Source: Lama glama | Lineage: Eukaryota | Assembly: GCA_028534125.1 (NCBI GenBank) | Contig: CM052816.1 | Coordinates: forward strand, 23,562,001 to 23,626,000 | DNA length: 64,000 bases | Reading direction: 5' to 3' | Part shown: in pieces, positions 24,976 to 38,166 of the stretch | Layout: each line of letters starts with the position of its first letter | Numbering within the stretch: position 1 is the stretch's first letter | Notes under the pieces: generated by a model | Seen by the model: the letters and a program-made list of their open reading frames with translations, nothing else | What the model was told of the DNA's origin: nothing | Databases searched by the model: none | Program-made: the position numbers and the translations under genes

Positions 24976-26389
24976 AGTTGAGCTCACTTATTTTATCTAC
25001 AGGGCTTTGAAACTTCAAAACTTCACTGTTAAAAGTAATTTAATCCTTTAATTCACATTTATTTATAGTGGTCCCATAATTACTTGTACACATTCACATA
25101 TCATATTCAATAGCGTGTGTTTAACATTCCATAAGATATAAATTACTCTTACATAAAGCAAATGACCTGCTCAAATATTATCTGAAGATCTCACCAGTGT
25201 AACCAAATTCTTTCTAAAAGACGGGTATGTACAGATCAGAGAAATATATCTTTACCCAAAAGAAATGTGATACAGGAAGAGATTTATCTAATTCCAATGG
25301 CACTTTGTAGCCTTAACATATTGACTGACTTTTTAAAACAGTTATTTTAATCACTCCTCTGAACAACACAATCACTTATCAGCCATAGCGGTGGAGGAAT
25401 GCAGCCACTTCCAAAGGAGAGGAAAGCTGTGAAACTCATCTCATCCTCCGTGACACAAAGCCTTTCTCACCCGGGTTGCTCAGCAATAAAATGTCTCCAT
25501 CTCCATGAACATGGAAAAGATAAGACCCTTTCCCCTCTCTGGAAGGTTGGTGCTGGATCCCAGTCAAGAGCAGCAGATGGAAGACTGAACTGAACTTGAC
25601 ATATTTGGATGAAATAACCTTTCAGCTGATTTTACCATCCTCAGGAAAACAGCACATTTTACATGTATATGTACATATTCATACCAAGGATACAGGATTT
25701 TTGTTGTTTTCACATTGATTTCATATTTTTATTATCAGCAAAGAACCTTCACTGAGCAACAGTTTTATAATAAGCAGTAATTCTATAATAGGCACAGGGG
25801 AGTTCTAAAACAACTGTTCCCCTGGTATAAGCAGACTAAAGGGACCTCATTAAGAAACTTGATCCCCAGAAATTCTAGGATTAAAAACGACTAGCCTTTG
25901 TGGACAAGGCTCAGAGGTTTATGAGGATAATCAGTAAGACCATTTTAAGATCAGCAGGTTTCCACCATGACAGAAGCATTAACTGATGCTCAGGATGACA
26001 AAATAAAGCTCTCACTTTTGTGGTTCAAAACTGCAACAAATTTATTAAGAAAAAAATCTTTGACAATAGGAGAACATTCTTCTGATGAAAGTAGAGCACA
26101 ACTGGAGAACATAAATGTAAAAGAAAGGAACCTCTTTCTAAAGAACTCCTCTAGCGGAAGGACATTCTGCATCAGAAAAGGAGAGCCTGAAGGCTTATGT
26201 TTCTCAAAAAAATATAGAAACTTTTTCAAATACTGTTTAAGCTGAAAATTTTGTTGTTGTATTTGCCGCTATTGTCCTTACTTTACTTTTTTGCTGTTGA
26301 GGATTCTTAATGTAGTATATTTATTTATTTTATAATTATGTATTATACATAAGTGTAGAATATTTAGTAGATGCTCTTTGGTGACTCAC

Positions 26390-26790
26390 GTGGACGTGGT
26401 GGGATGATGTACCCATTCTCCAGCTGCCCTAGGTGTTGGCTGCTGACAATTCACAGCTGCGCCCTTCCATGTTGACTGTGAGCTGAGAGATCACACTGTC
26501 AGCCTCAAGCAGGGCTCTCGGTGAGGAACCGCCTGACAAGGAGGTATGTAAGCAGAGCTTGTTGCTTCAGAGAGAGTAGCTCTGTGGTACCATTCATATG
26601 TCAGACCTCCCCATGGTCTTGGGCCAAGGCTGGGCTTCTGCTGAACCCGAATCTTTGCCCAGCTTCCTCCCCTGTCTTATTCAGCTTTGCTCACTCCCTT
26701 ACAGATTCCCCTTGAGAACTCTCCCTCAGAAAGTGCCTTTACAAGAGACCCCACCTCAAGCTCTGCCTCCAGGGAATCACACCAAAAACA
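26390..26790 (+). mobile_element. LTR16-like ERV-L solo LTR
   Basis: gtgttggctgctgacaattcacagctgcgccctt and the terminus ccccacctcaagctctgcctccagggaatcacaccaaaaaca resemble remembered LTR16A/C. Confidence 0.75.
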
Positions 26791-26799
26791 TGAGAAGAA

Positions 26800-27620
26800 A
26801 GTCAAGAAATATAAAGAAAACAGAGACGCAAGAGGGAAGGCGAGAAGATGTAATACGTGAATAAGAGTTCCGGAAAGAAAGAAATGAAAGACTAGAGGAG
26901 AAATAATAGTCTAAGAAATAAAGTGAATTTTCCTGGGTCAAGGAATGTCTTGAGTTCTCAGATTCAAAGGATTCACCAAATGACAGGAAAATTCAAAATC
27001 CACCACCGTCACTAAAGATTACTTGGAGGTTCTAAACACTACAGGGAAGAAAGAAAAAGCAACAACCACCATGAAGAGAAAAGGAGTAAAATCATCATTA
27101 TTTGCTGATCATTCGACTACAAAGCTTGAAAATCTGAGGAATCCAACTGAGAAGTTATTTGAACAAACAATTCCAAAAGATGGTCAGAGACAGACTATGC
27201 ACTCAACAACAAAAACAACAAAATCTATAGCTTTTCTTTGTACTAGGAATAACTACTTAGAAAATGCAGTGTCGGGGAGGGGGGATTCCATTCACAATCA
27301 CAACAGAAAGTATAAATTTCTTAGCGATAAAGTCAACAAGAAATGAACCAGATTTTTTTTTTAAATTATAAAGCTTTACTAAAGGACCAAAACCATAACC
27401 TAAGTAAGCCAATGAAGGTTTCTAAATGAGAAGATGATAAGGAAGCCAATTCTTTCCAAATAAAAATAAATAAAGTTACAATGCAATACAAATATGAGTG
27501 CCAATATTCAGTTGAGGAGACAGTTTGTGTGGTGTGCATGGAGTCTTAAGGAATTTAAAAAGTTTATCCAGCAAAATAAATTCACGAGCTGGCCAAGGAA
27601 AAAGAAAAGATTATCTCCAA
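26800..27620 (+). mobile_element. Old L1M fragments (ORF1-like then RT-like)
   Basis: ORF 27023-27346 has KGVKSSLFADHS...LENLRNPTEKL...KSIAFLCTRNNYLEN, a decayed form of L1 [11 protein letters not shown]...ENP...KSVAFLYTNN. Confidence 0.75.
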
Positions 27621-27749
27621 CTAGTTATTCTCTCATCAAAGTTCTGCACCAGAAAAGATGCACTTTCTGCATAAGTCAATTAATATTTTGAAGTATGGAA
27701 TTACAGAACCAAATTCTAGTTTTCTTCAAGTTGTCCAGACTATTCATGG

Positions 27750-27875
27750 GCAAGGGGACTAGATAACTCTTCATCCTAATTTGAAAGACTGACAGAGATC
27801 ATTATTAATAATTATGGTGGGACAACAGATACTAACAGGCTTGTCCTGGGAAAACCAAGACCCACAGTCACACTA
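27750..27875. mobile_element. MER94-like hAT-Blackjack MITE
   Basis: attattaataattatggtgggacaacagatactaacaggcttgtcctgggaaaaccaagacccacagtcacacta resembles MER94. Confidence 0.65.
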
Positions 27876-29001
27876 TTTATGTGTGACTAGAAAACAGCTT
27901 GTTATCAAGAACTTCGAATGAGAAGTTAGGAAGCCGGCTATCTCCATTGATAATTTGAAGTATGCCCTTAAAATCAAACCCCAGATAAGTTTCTTTAAAT
28001 TCATTCCAGCCACCTCAAAGGATCAAGCAAGTATCACTCTTCTGCGGGTATAAAGTGTTAAAAATTATTTAGACAATCCACCAGTTTATCACGCCTGTGG
28101 GATAATAGAGACAGGAATTTGCCTACCTATTTCTCTTCTCAAATCAATGAAGTTAATAATGTGCAATAGTAATGTTTAATTTAAATACTTTTATGACACT
28201 TGAGTACACATTTATTTCAATAATGACTATGTTTGGCCAACTTGGGGGCCAAACACCCATAAGGCTGTTTTAATATGTATACATTTGTGCCTAAAGTGTA
28301 CTTGAATTAAAAGAAACTGGTGTAATTCACAGTAGTTCATCCATGTGGGAAATTCATATAGGATCTCTGAGGCTCTTAAATTTGTGGTTTAGCAGCATTG
28401 ATGCAGCAAGTTTGATTAAATAATATTAAAACTCTTCAAGGTTTTCACTGTGTTACTTCATTGATGATAGCAAAGTCCAGAATGTGCAAAAACGCATCTG
28501 TAACTAAAACAGGGAATCATGGTGGGAGAAAGTGAAGGTGCCACAGGAGCCCAGCTTGAGCAGCTCCTTCATAAGCTCAGTGACTCTCATCCCTGTAATT
28601 TTTTACATGCTGCTACTTGTCAATCTCTGACACTCACTGGCTACCAGAGTGGATGATATAAGGGAAAAGAGTTAGATCCCATGACAAGAATCTGGTAATT
28701 TAAATATGTAAAGGGAAACAGATACCATTTTATAAGTATAAATTTCAGTTCTCTATTGACTGCTGATAGAATGTTCTGGTTATTACTATTTTTTATTTCA
28801 TTAATGGGTTTTTTTGAACATTAAGACAGTATATAATTACATATTCCTGACAATTAGAGTGGATCAAATATAATAAAAAGTGTAACATTCTAAAACATTT
28901 GACACTATCCTCAACGATAATCTTTGGGTAATCATATAAGGGTAGAAACTCAGCAATCATATTTGAGTATGCACGGAGCCCAGAATGCATCCACTGTTAG
29001 C

Positions 29002-29462
29002 TGTATTAGGTTCCCAGTGCTGCTGTAACAAGTTGCCACAAACTCAGTGGCATAAAACAAAGCAAATTTATTATCTTATTATTCTGGAGGTCAGAGCTCC
29101 AATGAGGGTCTAAAATTAAGGTGTCAACAGGGGTATATTCCTTCGAAGTCTTTAAGGGAAAATCTTTTTCCTTGACTTTTTCCCAGCTTGTTAGAGGCTG
29201 CCTGCATTCTTTGGTTCATAGCCCACATCACTCCAACGTTTACTTAGGCCATCTTGTCTCCTCTCACTCTAACTTCCCTGTTTCCCTCCTACAAAGAACC
29301 TTGTGAACACCTGCAACCACTTTGGGTAACCCAGGATACTCATCCCATGTCAAGATCCTTAACTAACATCCATCAAGTTTCTTTTACCATATAAAGTAGC
29401 AGCCACAGATTCTAGAGACAAGAATGTAGGTGTATGTAGGGGACACTATTCAGCCCACCACA
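29002..29462 (-). mobile_element. MLT1C/D-like MaLR solo LTR
   Basis: tgtattaggttcccagtgctgctgtaacaagttgccacaaactcagtggcataaaacaa...ttctggaggtcagag...ctattcagcccaccaca. Confidence 0.9.
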
Positions 29463-30825
29463 ATCCCCTATGAAAACACAGCTGATATTTAGCTGATCTC
29501 TCTTAACATTTGCAAGTTTCTTCTAAAGTAGAAAATAGCCCAAATGGAGGACGGGGAAAGGAGCAGGGGACAAAATTCAATTCCCTGTTCTTAACTGAGT
29601 TCCGAGACAGACCTCTTACCTCTAACAAAGAGAGAGCAACGCCTTTCACTAGACACAGCTGCAAAGGCAGGACATAAGCCTTTTCCAGTTGCAAGTCTTC
29701 TAAGACAAAATGTTTCTATGGTAAATTCTCAGAGGCTAGACTTTTCTATGTAAAAGTAGAGTAGCCTAGGGAATGTATCAGTTTTTCCTGAACATAACAT
29801 CTATAAAGGAAAAAAAAAAAGCTTGAGTATTGGTAATAAAATAACACCTGAGGCCATAAAAAGTATCCTCCTGAGAAATGGAAAGTGTCTCTCACAGGTC
29901 GCCCTCAAGTATCTTGGCATGGTTTAAAGGCACCATCTCTGCATTGCAATAGACTCAGGGAATGGAAACTCCACTTCCAGTGTTGTTGAGGTACTGAAGG
30001 GTGGAGCTAGAAACATACCTAAGTCTCTCGAATCATGTCTGTGTGGCCATTGTGTGAGGGAGAGAGAATGGCAGAGGGAGAGGGAGAGAGAGAGAAAGGG
30101 AGAGAGATGGGTTTTGGAGTGGGAAGACAGGGACGCTATAGGCCAGTTATGATTCATATATATAATCTCTAAAGTTCCAGGATAATGAACAAGACAGACT
30201 GGACACAGCCTGTTCAAGCCAATCTCTAGCTACTGGGTGAGGGAACAAAATAATCCCAATGGTGAACCAAAGAAAGTACCTGCCAAAGCTTGGCAAACAT
30301 TATTTATTCCTCTTAAAGCAGCACTAGATGACACGAAAGTATGTGTGGATGGCTGACTGTCCTTAGGGACTGGAAAGGAAAACAGCACACATCTCACCCA
30401 AACCTAACAAAGAAAAGTGCTGGGTTTTTATATCCTTAGGAAACAGGCTTCTCTTACATACATGCCAGTAGCTAGGCTACCAAGGTCTTTTTCACGGAGG
30501 TTGCCTTTTCCTGAAGAGCACCATCCATGGGAATCCAAGTCTTCAAACAGTCTTATTCCCTGGAGATTAATATCCTATTAATAAAGACTCAGAGAATGCA
30601 TTTGACCCATTCACTCAGTTCTCCTATTAACATGTGCCCCTATAAGCCCAAATACGTCCATTCTCCCTACCTGCCCTCATTCCCCAGACTCTGCCTTTGT
30701 CCATGCCATTCTCAGTTCCTGTATCCCCTTTCTCAGTCACCTGCTTCCTCCCTGGGAACTGAGATGGCCTGGTTGCTAAAGGCGAGCTCAGAGGTTACCT
30801 TCACCTTTCTTTTTCGATCAGAATA

Positions 30826-31050
30826 GGGCAGTGGCTAATAGGTAAACCCTGACATCAGACTGTATTTGGCACCTAGATCAACTGCTTCCTCGTCGTAGAC
30901 AAGTAAACCTTTCTCTCCCACAGTTTCCTCCCCTACTAGGTGGAGATTAAAGGTTTAATCTACCACAGGGCTATTGTGAGGATTAAATAAATTCATACAC
31001 GTCAAGCACTAGAATGCTGGCTCACTGATGCGTGGTGGGTTCTCAGTAAG
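30826..31050 (+). mobile_element. MIR SINE
   Basis: cagtttcctcccct...ctaccacagggctattgtgaggattaaataaattcatacacgtcaagcactagaa. Confidence 0.75.
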
Positions 31051-31254
31051 GGCGGGCTGTCAGGTTCCCCTAACTAATCACTTTCTCTCTGGACTCCAGG
31101 TGCACTTTTTTTTCTTCTTTATCTATCTTTCCACGTTGAATTAATTATTAACATACACATTTTATCTCCATGTAAAATTGTGTCTTCTCTGAGGCTAGGA
31201 CACTAGCCTTCCTGACTTTTTATCCTCTATAGCCCTTGCATATACTAATGGGAA

Positions 31255-31475
31255 AACTAGTGTTTATTGCGCAAACAATGCGTGCAAGAAATTATATGAG
31301 CTTTTCATGTGCATCAGCTCATTTAATCTTTGTAATAACTATATGTGGCAAGTAGTAGTATGCACCACCACTTTATAGATGATGCAACAGGTTTAGAGAT
31401 GTTAAGTAACTTGCTTGATATCACACAGTTACTAGGGATTTTCTGCTTCTAAATTGCAAAATCTTAATCACTATA
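31255..31475 (-). mobile_element. MIR SINE
   Basis: ctcatttaatctttgtaataac...ccactttatagatgatgcaacaggtttagagatgttaagtaacttgcttgatatcacacag. Confidence 0.8.
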
Positions 31476-31660
31476 TTATATAATCCCCTACTTGTTATGC
31501 CATAAATGTACTGAATGTAGATTGAATGACTGTAATCTTTACCATAAGTGTGTTTAAAGCCTCTACCATGTGGTGGGAGTATTATATAAATAACCATGAC
31601 TTGTCTTGGAGAGTCGTGTTTGACAACTTTTATGGTGAAGAATAAAATTAATAAAGTGAA

Positions 31661-31785
31661 TTATAATGAAAAAGAATATGAAAAGGAATACATGTATATA
31701 TGTGTGTGACTGAAATTTTATGCTGTATCAGAAATTGGCACAACATTGTAAACTGACTATACTTCAATTTAAAAAACATAAAAAA
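31661..31785 (+). mobile_element. Short cetartiodactyl-type L1 3' end
   Basis: tataatgaaaaagaatatgaaaaggaata...aacattgtaaactgactatacttcaatt plus an A tail. Probable TSD ataaagtgaa (31651-31660) / ataaagttaa (31786-31795). Confidence 0.85.
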
Positions 31786-31859
31786 ATAAAGTTAAAAGAA
31801 CTGTATGATTGAGTTGTAGAGTGAAATACATCCATTTAATCCATGATGCTGTTGGATAG

Positions 31860-32000
31860 AGCCTTGCTACTCAGTGCTCACGGACCTGCAGCATCAGCAT
31901 TACTTGAAACCTGCTAGAAATGGAGAATAATCCTGGGCTTTACCCCAGATACACTCAATTTAACTCATACTTTAATAGTTCTCCAGTTTAAGAATCATTT
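31860..32000. mobile_element. MER5A-like hAT-Charlie MITE
   Basis: cggacctgcagcatcagcattacttgaaacctgctagaaatggagaat...gggctttaccccaga. Confidence 0.75.
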
Positions 32001-32244
32001 TTATGGAGGTCATGAACCAGCAATTCCCCACTTCTTAAGAATAAATGAAAATTATTTGAACTTAGGGAGATTTTTTTTCCCCCAAAATAAGTATTAAGAG
32101 ATTATAGGGTAAAATATGGAAGAAATGTATATGAACATTTTTTGAGAATTCATTTTTAAATAATATACTACATTTATCTCAGAAACCTCGAGTACAAAAA
32201 CGGTTTTAGTTTCTGAGCATATAAAAGACTATAATTAATTCTGT

Positions 32245-32360
32245 AATGTAAGTTTCCTGAGAGCAGAGTCTTTGTCTAACGTATTGCTATATTCTCAATG
32301 CACAGAAGAGTGCCTGGCACACAGTAGGGATACAACAGTTATATGTTGAATCAGTGAATG
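32245..32360 (+). mobile_element. L2a 3' end
   Basis: tgtaagtttcctgagagcagagtctttgtct...agagtgcctggcacacagtagg...tgttgaatcagtgaatg. Confidence 0.85.
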
Positions 32361-34399
32361 TACATCCTCAAGATTCTTAGGGTAATTTGAGTATATCCTT
32401 CAAAGAGTAGGACTGGGGACAGGAATAACTTCTAGGTTTCTACTGATTCAGACTCTGGACATGGAATTTGTCTTAAGTGTCCAAAAATGGAAGAGGATTT
32501 TGCCATTAAGAAGGACACAAGGAGGTGAAGAGAACACTATGTTAATCCCTTAGTACATCTTACACAAGGGACGATTATAAATTACGCGACAGGAAAAAGA
32601 ATCATCTTTTCCTGGTGGCCGGATATCAGTTCCATTTCCTCATTTCAGAAAACTCTTGAACAATGGTAAGCTCTCAGTTGTGTTCCTTGAATGCTATCCC
32701 AAGAGTCTTTCCTGAGGACAAGATGATGAATTCAGCACCTATTTCTGGACACTAGGGAGCACATCTCCGAACAGGCCGAATAACGAAGCCAGATCTCTCG
32801 CTCTGTTAGTATAAAGAGAACGGCTGTTTTCACTCCAACAACTGCTCATCATGATGAATTCTTGCAACGTGTCACATCCCCTTTCTAAGTTTCAAGGCCA
32901 GAGATATAATCCTGACAGTATTACGAAAGAAAACAATAAATGTGTCCAGATGCCAAATCACAGACATTAGCCCTTAACTTTATAGTTTAAAAGAACAAAT
33001 ACAGACATTGTCTCATTAATTACATGCTGGACAACCAAGATCTCCTATTACCCTGAAGTATTGGTAATATCTAAATCTTTCAACGCTTTTACTCTTGGGA
33101 TGTTACAGAGGTGGCCAAGGTTCAACCATCTTGCCTTCACCACCAGTGCTGTGGAGGAAGGAGTAATCTATTCTAGAGAATTAGAATCAAAATAAAATGT
33201 TTTCCATTGAAAGTAGAAATTTTGAAATGCTTTTAGCTGAACAGCTGAAATAGAAGATGGCTTCTAGTGTTGTCTCCCAAAGCCACCTGTATTCATGGGC
33301 ATATTCATGACAACAGGAAAAATTCTGATGCAACTTTATTTGTAAGGAAGCTAATACTAATATTTTTTGGTTAGTCTGCTCATCATAACCAAAGTGAAAA
33401 TGTACAAGAAGAAGAAAAGTTACTCTGTAAGAGTTTAATGCCGGCAAAGCCCTTAGACAGGGACCCTGTCCTTCACAGCGTCCTGGTTGTGCTGCCTCTG
33501 ACAGCCATCTGCCTACCTCTCAGATAACTCCCTTGGGTAAACCCCGGGCAGTAATTCCTATGACAAGGAAAACTGAAAACATCCGCGGAGGAATGAAGCA
33601 GTATGTCAGTCTACCAGGTAGTCATTCCACAAGGTTGATGGATGAGAGGTCAAAAATGTCAAGTGCCCCCAAAATTAAATAGTTCACTCATAAATCATTC
33701 AACTCAGGCAACAGCAAAAATAATAGTGCCCTGTCCTAACAGTCACCAGAGAGAAAGGACACATTCCAGCCACAGTGACAACACTGCTTTTTCCTGTCAT
33801 CTCTACCAGCAGCAGGTTTGGGAGCATAGCGGAGGACAAAGAATAGAAACAGAGGACTTAATGGGTGGAACTTCCAAAGTATAATCAAAAAGAGCAGCTC
33901 ACGCACAGAGAAAAACAAAACCAAACCACAACACCAGAACTGTGTCTTTCAACAGAGAGCTCCTCCAAATACCTATCGAATATGAGAGCACTGAGCACGG
34001 CCGTCACCTGCGGCTGAACTAGACAAAGGCGTTGCAAGAGCACGGGGGTGAGACAGGCCTGCTCATCCCCTGATGTAATGCACACCAACGAGACAAAAGA
34101 CGTTCAGCAGGTTCAAGGTAAACAGTTAGACATCAGCTCAGTCTTATAGATACGAATCGCTGTGTACACATACCAAAGGCAGGCCAAGGCTCCTTGGCTA
34201 AAAGTGCAAAATGTCACACAAATGACCTTTGTCTACTTCTTTTTTTAAACCAGAGTTTTTGATTGAAAAGTAACATTTTGCAATGTTACGCTTCTAACTG
34301 ATATACGCTTACTGGTGTATACTGGGATTAAAATGACTGGGGCACACTTAGGAAATTTGGGGGTTGCCTGTGTTTATCTGCATTTGGTTTGGCTTGCTT

Positions 34400-36650
34400 G
34401 TTTTCTCCACAAATGAAAGGATGGTTTATGCATATACAGGTACTATTCTGAACCTGGTCTCTTTTGGTGAAAAAATATTTGAGATATTTCTTTGGTAGCA
34501 CATAAACACCTGCCTCATTGTGAAGGGACCAGACAATAGTATGTTAATTGAATGTCCTATTACTTATTCAACTGGCCCTTGACACTAAAATTTTTCATTC
34601 TTTACAAATAAAAATAATGCAGTGACCCCCTTTCTAGGGTTATGTCTATACATGTTCATGAATATATCAGTAAGTTTATAAACATTAAGTTGCTGGCCAA
34701 AAATTCTCTTGTTTCTAATTCTGACAGTCATCAAATTTTTAAGAACATTAATTTGTTCTTTGAAAAGGGTGTAATCTACCACCAAAACTGTCGAAGAATG
34801 TTTGTTTATACTTACTGTCATCCATACTGTATTTGATCTTTGGTGAATCTAGTAGGTGAGATGGCATTTCATTTTTTGTTTTAATTTTTATTTTCAAAAT
34901 TATGAATAATATCAACATCGTGTCCTTAAGGGCCATTTGTATTTCCTTAAGTGTGAATTTGGATTTTCATCTTTCATTGACTTGTCAAAGCCCATTATGT
35001 TCCATATTTCATCAAATCTAAGACATCATTCATTGTAACAAGGAAAAAAATTCCTGCTTATTAAATATCAACAGTGCTTTCTTATTACCTATAATTTTTA
35101 ACTTGAACACATTAAAATAACCTTTTCACACTTAAGTAGACAGATGTTTTGGTCATGTTTCACTTGCAAATATAGACAGGAAATAAAGCAAAACAAATTT
35201 CTCCAATTCAGTGTCTGACTCTTAGAATCAATTTGCAATGAGTCCTCCGTGTCCATGGTTTTCTCCATAAGTGTCTTCTGTGCAAAGAGTACTGGTACTG
35301 AAGCGTTTCTTAAAAGCAGTCCTGAAAAGAACTAAAAGCTACCAAGCCTGGGCTCTTAAACTGACTGTGCTATTAGCAGAGCTAGCCTGCTGCTGACTCC
35401 AGCTGCAGGGATGTTGCTAAACAAGTCTGATGCTCCACCTCCCACCTCTCACGGCCATCTGTTTTCTAGTGATGCCAGTTTGGAAGCTGCCTGACATCCC
35501 CACTCTGGAGATGCTGAAATGTGGGGAAGATGCGAATTACAATTAACAAAATCCTCAATAAAAATACTAGCCTTTGCATTAGGGGTTGTAAATATCTTTT
35601 CTCAGTTTGGCACTTGGACTAACATTTTTATCTTTGAGAACATTTACATTTTCATGTGGTCACATGTATCTCTCTCTTTTTTTTTTTCCTGTGTGGAATA
35701 TGAGTTTTATGTCTGGAACTTCCCCACACTAAAATTATAGAAAAAAAAATTGCCCACATTTTCCATGACACAGTTTTGTTTTGTTTTTAACTGTTAAGTT
35801 AGTGACCTAATAGGAGATCAGATGTGCATTTTGTGTAGTCAACAGAACATGTGAGGTAGAATTCTACTTTTCTTTTGCCAAATAACTACCCAGGTTTCTC
35901 ATCACCATCTGTGTTGGTTTATTTTATACCTTGTCTCCTTTATACACTGATCTATCTATAATCTCATAAAGTGCAGGAGAACTGTCATACAGCGAAACTT
36001 TATGAAATGTTATAACTCTTGCAAGGCTAGTAGGTTTTCAATACGCCTTAAGTTTTCTGCATTTCATGTGAGTGCTTACTTCTGAGTCTTCTTATCAGTT
36101 TAAATTACAAGAAAAAGTTACTTTCCTATTTTTACTGTCACAATATTAAACTTAAATAATCAGAGCATTGCAAAATCTAGAACATCAGTTTACTAAGAGC
36201 AATGAACTCATGATATTTTCTCAAATCTCATTCCATCTTTTTAAACTTTCAATTAAATAAGTCCTGTTAACTTATATTGTTAATTTTGTCTCTCAGTGTT
36301 TTACTATTTTATTGCTGTTTGACCTAACATAGTTTCTAACTAGCTGTAATTAATAAATAAGGGAACTATTGATTTTGTAACAGGGAGCTGTTTACTCCAA
36401 ATTTTCTTCTTACTTCCAAAATTTTTTCAGTTTATTATTCAGTTTTCTAGGAATATAATCACTTTTTCTATAAAAATGTTATTTTGCCTCAGCTTTTCAA
36501 TTTTTAAAACTCATTGTAAAATTTTGAATATTGTTTACTAAATATATTCACAATAATATTACATAATATTGAAAATAAAAGGCACTTTGATGGAAAAGTT
36601 TCAAGTAATTCAGCCTGGAGCATGATACTGAAATTTGCTCAGAGATGTAA
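34400..36650 (-). mobile_element. Old L1ME-like element, interrupted by a Tc2 transposon at ~35002-35556
   Basis: Antisense L1 motifs on both sides of the insert: atggcatttcatttttgttttaatt, ggccatttgtatttcctt, gttgtaaatatcttttctcagtttg, gaactattgattttgta. Confidence 0.65.
35002..35556 (-). mobile_element. TcMar-Tc2 (Kanga/MER104-like) DNA transposon remnant
   Basis: The left end ccatatttcatcaaatctaagacatcattcattgtaa and the right end gagatgctgaaatgtggggaagatgcgaattacaattaacaaaat resemble the Tc2 TIRs. The minus strand near 35240-35320 reads FKKRFSTSTLCTED, like the pogo/Tc2 C-terminal FKKCCITNALDGTEDD. Confidence 0.65.
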
Positions 36651-38166
36651 TTTCTAGAGTCAAGGAGGAATCCACCTCTAATCATGGTATAAAGCTACAC
36701 ACAACATACAGCAACTTCCACGATGGAATAGTTTCATGGCCTACAACTGTCCCCAGAATTCTGCGTTCCAACTAAGGGTCTCTTGACTAGGGCCTTCAAG
36801 TCCTGAAGGACGCTGTGTGCAAGATACTGCAAAATATACAAAATTCTCAGCATGTTACTTCATTTGGCCAAAATTTCATACAATGCTTACTACTGCTGTT
36901 TGCAATTAGGTGATTGGGTGTTGGCAGTCTACTAGTGTCGCTGAAGATGGAGTATTCAAAAACATTGTTTTGCATCATCTTAACTGGTGTTAGAAATAGA
37001 ATAAACTAGAAACTCCTTAACTTGGCCATGTTCAACTATAAGTATTTCATGATGTGTTGACTAAACTAATGTATAAGTCTGATTTTTTTTTCCTAATGGA
37101 GTTTATGAAATTTTGAAATACTCAACAGGAGGGAAAAGCTTTGATCAACTTTTCACCCTTCTCTACCAGAAAAATAGTTAGAAGTCTTTTAAATGTCTAA
37201 TTTTCATCTCTGGTTAGGATATTCATAACTTCCTGTCATTCCGGCAGACTGAATGGAATGCCACAGAAAGACATACAGAGATTACAGACGGTTTATCACT
37301 TAAAAATGAAATTTAATGCCATACTAAGCTTTAAACCAAGAAAATATCTAGGTGCCAGAAATAAAGAAGGAATTCAAAGCCAGAACGGTAATTAGAACTG
37401 ACAACACTGTTCACAGGAATACTGGGCATACCACCTGTGAATTCACAGGGAACTGGGCCTCATGCCACCATGGGAAAGGTAGTTGGAATTGACCCACCTT
37501 CATAAAAGGGATTGTCACCAAGTGTCACCTTATCTGTAGTACAGGGACTGAGAACTCAGCCAACAAGCTTGGAAGTTTTGCAAAAATTGTGACAGGGGTT
37601 TAAATGGGATTTCTATTGTCCCCAACTTGACAATTTGGGCATTAACTGCATCACAGGTGAAAACACAGGCACTAAGCATCGCTTATGCTAAAAAGAACCG
37701 TCAATGTCTGGGGCTGGAAACGTCCCCTACGTGCTTCCTGAAAGTTTTCAAAACTGGCCCAACTATAATTAACCACCACCCAAAACCAAACATAAGTAAA
37801 ACACAAAGCAGAGCAATCCTTGCGGTTTGGACTGAAGTTACCAGCCCTGTGGGGAAGCCGAATATCCCCAATAAAATGTTCTATTTCCCCTTCACATAAG
37901 GGGAATATAAGCTTACTAACATCTTCATTTTTCATAGTGAAGAGTAAATAGATACGGATAAGCCAAGTAGACGAAATAGGAAATACTGAAAAGCAAGGAA
38001 GGCATCCAAGAGTAATCATTTATTTTAAACTGACATTAAAATGAACACGAGGGTGCTTCTGTTAAGTAAAGATAGAAAAATTTGACCATCTAATGAATAC
38101 TGAATGCAACTCAATGAACACTGACTATATTAAACCCCCCAAACTAAATTTAATTCAACATCATTG

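Noticed and set aside
37470..37505. MGKVVGID resembles the DnaK/Hsp70 N-terminus (MGKIIGIDLGTT)
   Set aside because: The frame stops after 11 codons, the LGTT motif is absent and no further Hsp70 similarity follows, so it is treated as coincidence.
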